DNA of 62,586 nt, filler included. It is 10 parts of 10 records of this genome, joined end to end, with 100 filler letters (N's around TTAATTAATTAA, not from the genome) between each part and the next. Parts side by side here need not be neighbours in the genome. Positions count along the whole stretch, not along the records: positions 56,969 to 62,586 come from SRR31147125_63466; 9 more parts are not named here. One strand, written 5' to 3'. A program made the translations under genes and the position numbers. Shown piece after piece: positions 57,155-62,586 of the stretch. The first letter of the stretch is position 1. Every line of letters starts with the position of its first letter. The notes beneath the pieces were generated by a model that was not told the DNA's origin, did no database searches, and saw nothing but the letters and a program-made list of their open reading frames with translations.

Positions 57155-60100
57155 TCACAGCCTTATGCCAATAACCAAAATATCGTCAATCTGCTGAAAA
57201 TCACCTTTCCACTCTTCAAATCGACGGCTAAGTAGTTCCTTCTGTTTGACCATCGGTTGGCGGCTTACCTCGACAAGTAAATGTTTAAACCTTTTCTTAT
57301 TGAATTTTTTAAGCTTGTCTTCACTTAACTGATCAGGAAATCCATCGGTGAAAAGATACATGATATCTCCATCCCGGAACGGTATATCGTGAGTTGTAAA
57401 AGGAGTTTCCTTCAGGTGAAACCCGATGGGCATTCTGTCTGCCTTGAGCTCTATCAGTTCACCATCCCTCACGATACACAAAGAATTGAAAGCACCGGAA
57501 TACTGTAATTGTCGTGTCGCCGGATCGATAATGCAAAGAGCGATATCCATCCCTTCATACTGATCTGAAAATTGACCACTTTGTTTAAACGATCTTTTGG
57601 TCTTCAAGCGCAACTCATTTAAAATTGCACCGGAGTCGAGTTGAGAATGCAAAGAGAGTGACGGCACAATTTCATTTAAAAATGCGATACCAAGCATGCT
57701 GACCAGGGCTCCCGGCACCCCATGGCCTGTACAGTCCGCCACCGCAACGACTGTTTTGCTTTCAACCTTTCTCATCCAGTAAAAATCTCCACTCACAACC
57801 GAATGGGGTTTATACAATATAAAATACTCTCGGAACAGACTCTCAATCAGTTCAGAATCAGGCAGAACCGCATTCTGGACCTTGCTTGCATAAGTGACAC
57901 TATCGGTAATCTTTTTATGACTCTCTTCAAGCTTTCCGTGACTCTCTTCCAGTTCAAGGGTTCGTTTTTTCACTTTTTCTTCCAAATTTTCATATAATTC
58001 GGAATTCTCTATTGAGATGGATATCTGTGTTGAAAGCATATTGAGAACTTCCAGTCTAGCCGGCGTGAATGCCCCCTCTACAAGATTGTTTTCAAGGTAG
58101 ATGATTGAAGAGACGTTTCCTTTTCTCAAGACAGGTGAACATACGGCGGATTTGGGCTGATACGCTTCGATGTAACTGTCGGTTGAATAATCCATATCAT
58201 TTGAAATGTTATCGAATACCAGTTGTTGTTTACTTCTTACAACATAGTTGATAACCGATAAAGGGGCTTTATTCGATGTCTCAAGGGGTATGGCCTGTAA
58301 TACCGGCGGCACCCCATCTGTCGAACCTTCGGCTTGAACCAACATCCCTGCATCTCTATTCTCTATTAAAACGCCTTTCTGGGCCCCTGCATTTTCAATG
58401 AGGATATGCATCATTTTTTCCAACAACGGCTTGAGATGCACCTCGCCGGACAATGTTTGAGACGCCTTCAGGATACTTTTGATATCAAGAATAGTACCAC
58501 TTGTTTCACTTGAAGAGGAGATGTCATATGTTGTCGAAGAGCGGCCCGAAGGAGCATAGAGATACATGGTCAGATATTTGGGGAAATTCTCTTCAAGGTG
58601 CCTTACTTTTCCTGCTGCACCCCATTTTAAATAACAGTTCCTTGCCTCCATGAAATAAAGAGCGGCAAGCTTTTCTTTTTTTCCCGACATAAAATTTTGC
58701 AGCCAGTTCATTTGCCAATGCGGCATCGTTGATATATTCGTTTTCATAGGCTGTTTCTATGGCTTTGTCATAGTAGTCCGGACACTCATCTTCCCTGCCT
58801 GTGACTCTGCAAAGTTCCGCCTGCATGAGGTAATATCTGTGGAGGAAATTGACCGGACCAAACTCCGCCCATTCTTTGACGCTTTTTATCCTTTTTTTGC
58901 TCTGGCAAGAAATTCTTCCTTCTCTTCTGTATTATCCGTTTTTGTGTACAGTGCAATATAAGCGAGGGGAAGATAAAAATAGATATCATTTCTTGTATAA
59001 ATGATTTGGATATTGAGCTTGTTCCATCTCTTTTCAGCCGCCTCAATATGCGCTGAAATGTCGTCATAATTTTCAAATAGATACGCCACAAAAACTTTTT
59101 TCAGATGCCCCTGTATGGCACAAAAATGACCTGCCTGACCCGGCACGCCCTGGAAAATCCCTTCGACATCGCAATCGAGTCTTCCCGGATTCGAACTTTT
59201 TCCAAGAAGACTTTCCATTGCCAGAATGTCACACTCCATATCCGCCACCACAAGGGCCTGCTTCAACTGATTTGCAGTATCCCTCATATCCAGTGCTTTT
59301 TCATAGAGTTTGGGCAGCTCCATATCGGTACGGCTCAGCAGTGCAATGTAGTTATCCATCAAGGAACTTGCGAACTCGATATCTCCGACATTCATGGTTT
59401 GCGGGTAAATATCCATCAGCATGGAGGCAAGCTTCTTGTAATGGATTTTCTGGCCAAGCAGATAGTACATTGAAATGAGATCGGCCCTGTAGGGGATGGT
59501 CAGGTTTTCGGATTGTTCCCTTGATAACGCCAAAGATATTTCACCAAGCGTGTATGCGCCTTCAACATCACCCCACAGAAGCTTCATTATGCCCACATGG
59601 CTCAACACATGGGGGGTTTCCGAAGTGAAACCATGCTCGATCGTTATTTCGAGCATTTTCAATACCGCAAAAAGATATGCCTCTTCTCCACCCAGAATGA
59701 ATGCAAGTATTGAATTGTCGAATATTTCCAGTACCAGTTCGTAGTGTGGATGGTTCATTCTGGGCAGTTTTCTAAAAGAGTCGATATCCATCTCTTTGAG
59801 ACGCACCTCATTGGAACGGTATAGGTGTTCGATCTCTTCCCTTTCCGGAGAATCAGGGATATCCACGCCAAGACCTCGAAACACTTTGAGCAAATACTGC
59901 ACCGCCTGAATGGGCTGCTGTCTGATCATAACAAGCCCCAAGGAGCGATGTCTGTAAGCGGTAAAGATGTGAGACACTTCGTGGGCATGCTTGATAACCG
60001 TTTCCACAAAACGATCCATATTGTCAATATCCCCATTGAGGTACGACGTCTGAATCCCTTCGTTGTAAGCCGCAAGCGTCAAATCATAGTGCACATCCCA

Positions 60101-62410
60101 GCAGTCGAAAGGCAAAAGTGTGATGATCTTTTGAACATAGTCCGAAGCGAGTCTGTAAGCACCGGATGTTTTTGCATTTTGAGCCGCTTTCAGATTGAAG
60201 CGGACAAGGTTGACCTTTTCATCATCATCTGCGATGAGATCCATGCCCATATTGAGGTGATTGACAATGTCAAAAATATGCCGATCGGAATATTTCGACG
60301 TTCCCTCACTCCCATGTTCCTCGAAATTCCGTAACATGAGTCTTCCGATTTTCAAATGCAACGGGTTTTTGTCATCATCTGAAATCAGTGAGTATGCAGC
60401 CTGATGTATTCGATCATGGACAAACTTGTAAACCGTATTCTCAAGGGGAGAAACAAGGCCCTCGATCAAAACAGCTTCAAGATTTTTTTCGTGGGTTTCC
60501 TTTGTCTTTCCGGAGATAACGGATAACATGTCAAAATCGAAAACGTTTCCGATACATGCGGCAAGCTTTAAACTGTCCTGTGTCTCCATTGGCATATTTT
60601 TTATTTTTCCAACCAGGAGATCCACGACATTATCGGTCATGTTTTCTTTTTCAATCCGGTCGACATCATAGCGCCACATCAATGACACATGATCGAACTC
60701 AATGAATTTCTCCCGATAAAGATTGTCTATAAATTGAATGGTGAAAAATGCATTGCCCTCTGTTTTTTCATAAATTAAATCTGCCAGGGAGGTCACATCA
60801 TTTCGTGGGACATCCTCATCCGTTTTCAGTGTATCCCATAACCATTCCCGGACATTTTCAATGGAAAGATTCCTGATGGGAACCGTATGATAATCGACCT
60901 GTTGCCCGATCTCTTCAAGGGTCATCATCAATGGATGGGCGGCGGAAACTTCGTTATCCCTGTAAGCCCCTATAAAAAACAGGTAGCTGCAGTTTTTATC
61001 TTCCATCAAGACCTGAAGCAAATCAATGGAAGCCGGATCCGCCCACTGCAAGTCGTCGATAAACATCACAAGAGGGTGTTCTTTTGTGGAAATCGCCCGA
61101 ACAAGGCGTTGGAAAACAAGATTGAAACGGCTTTTGGATTCATCGCCACCCACTTCCGGAATATCGGGCTGCTTTCCAATGACGGATTCCATATGGGGAA
61201 TGTTGTCGGTCAATACCTTTCCCAAATCTCCCACAGCGTCCAGAATCTTCTCTTTCCACACCGCAAGTGAATCCCGATCTTCAGTTAAGAGAAGTTGGCA
61301 GAACTGATCGAAGGCCTGAATAAAAGCGGAGTAAGGGATGGTTCTTTGAAGCTGATCGAACTTTCCGGAGATGAAATACCCTTTGTCTTTGGCGACAGGT
61401 TTGTGAATTTCATTGACAAGAGACGTTTTGCCGGTTCCGGAATATCCTGCAACCAGCACCATTTCCCTCAATCCTTTTCCAGCTCTCAAGTAGGCGTCGA
61501 AGAGCTGTCCCACCTCTTTTTCTCGTCCATAAAGCTTTTCAGGAATTTTGAGAGTGCCGGAATAGTCTTTCTCTCCAAGTTTGAAATCTGCATAATTGAG
61601 CGTCATCATTTTTTTAAGATCGTATTTAAGCCCTTTGGCGGATTGATATCGATCTTCCGTTTTTTTTGCCATCAGCTTCATGACAACTCTCGATAACACA
61701 TCGGGAATTTCTTTGTTCAAGAGATGGGGAGGCTCGGGATCCCGAGCCAGATGAGCATAAACAATTTCCATGGGATCGCTTTCACGAAAGGGTTTTTCTC
61801 CGGTGAGCATCTCATATAATGTAACTCCCAGGGAATAAAAATCGGTTCGCTGATCCACACTTCGATTCATGCGCCCTGTCTGTTCCGGTGAGATATAGGG
61901 AAGGGTGCCCTCGAGTTTTTCAGGGTTACCGGAATACATCACTTTAGTATCAAATTTTGACGAAATATTAAAATCGACTATTTTAATATCACCTGTTTCA
62001 CTATTCAGTATGATATTGGCCGGAGTAATATCTTTATGGATAATATTTTCTTTATGTACGGCAGCCAGTCCATCTGCTGCCATTGTTGCCAGCTCGACAC
62101 ATCGATCGACGGAAAGCCTTTGCGTTGCCATAACGCTTTCCAAAGATTTCCCATCGATATCCTCCAAAACAAGAACAGCGTAGTCCTTGTCATCGACAAA
62201 GCGGTAAGCGTCGATGACATATTGAGAATCGATCTGTTCAAGAAATCGATACTCACGCTTCAGCCCATGAATGACATTCAAGTTGGAAATGCTCTTTTTT
62301 TCTACAACTTTGAGTACATGGGAGTCTTTTTTGTCAAAAAAGGCTTTATAGAGGGAATTTCTTTTACCTTGAACCAACTTTTCCTGAATTTCAAAGCCTG
62401 CTATTTTCAT
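57155..62410 (-). CDS. Ser/Thr kinase, AAA ATPase, helical region, GAF, SpoIIE (PP2C) phosphatase multidomain protein (~1750 aa), two frameshifts at T7 runs (about 58895 and 58680)
   Basis: IIHKDITPANII, YISPEQTGR, GYSGTGKT, FIDDLQWAD, FVHDRI, IYLENN (GAF), VSGDFYW, DCTGHGVPGA, TDG, DDI. Confidence 0.88.
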
Positions 62411-62586
62411 ATTTTACCCTTCCTTTGAGACAGCACCGATTCCGAGACACCACCCACTCCACAGCTCCGAAAAGAGCTTTCCGGTTTTCTTGCCAAACAA
62501 GCAAAAAAACCGGAAAATAGAATACTAAAGGGTGTTGAAACCACCCCTTCTAAATGGTAAATATTCGGTAAACCCCCTTTCTGACT

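Overview
This window is not one genome. It is ten unrelated ~5.5-7.2 kb contigs joined by identical 100-nt artificial linkers (N44-TTAATTAATTAA-N44). Contig 1 (1-6892) is an AT-rich array of five co-oriented genes separated by four complete and one truncated attC-like palindromes, i.e. an integron-type cassette array with atypical sites and no integrase in view; two cassettes encode defence-like unknowns. Contig 2 (6993-13661) is a Desulfuromonadales-like hisG-D-B-H-A-F-E operon whose spacers hold nested palindromic repeats. Contig 3 (13762-19279) has two sensor kinases. Contig 4 (19380-24791) is Acholeplasma/Izemoplasma-like: integrase remnant, rpmG, and hrcA-grpE-dnaK with tandem CIRCE. Contig 5 (24892-30447) has mnmA, phoR/phoB and a PiT transporter with a Pho-box-like repeat. 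Contig 6 (30548-36197) has tdh, kbl, an Lrp regulator, an MCP and a Cache protein. Contig 7 (36298-42756) has an LTD/FGE-domain protein, a hybrid kinase and an FmdE-like protein. Contig 8 (42857-50023) has a REC / SIR2-like / nSTAND1-TM-WD40-TPR module, a candidate NLR-like immune system. Contig 9 (50124-56868) is a GH149-GH17-GH17-MFS-MFS beta-1,3-glucan locus. Contig 10 (56969-62586) is a Ser/Thr kinase-AAA-GAF-SpoIIE giant gene. About ten frameshifts fall at homopolymer runs and are most likely sequencing errors. All family and taxon assignments come from motif recognition by eye; no searches were run.
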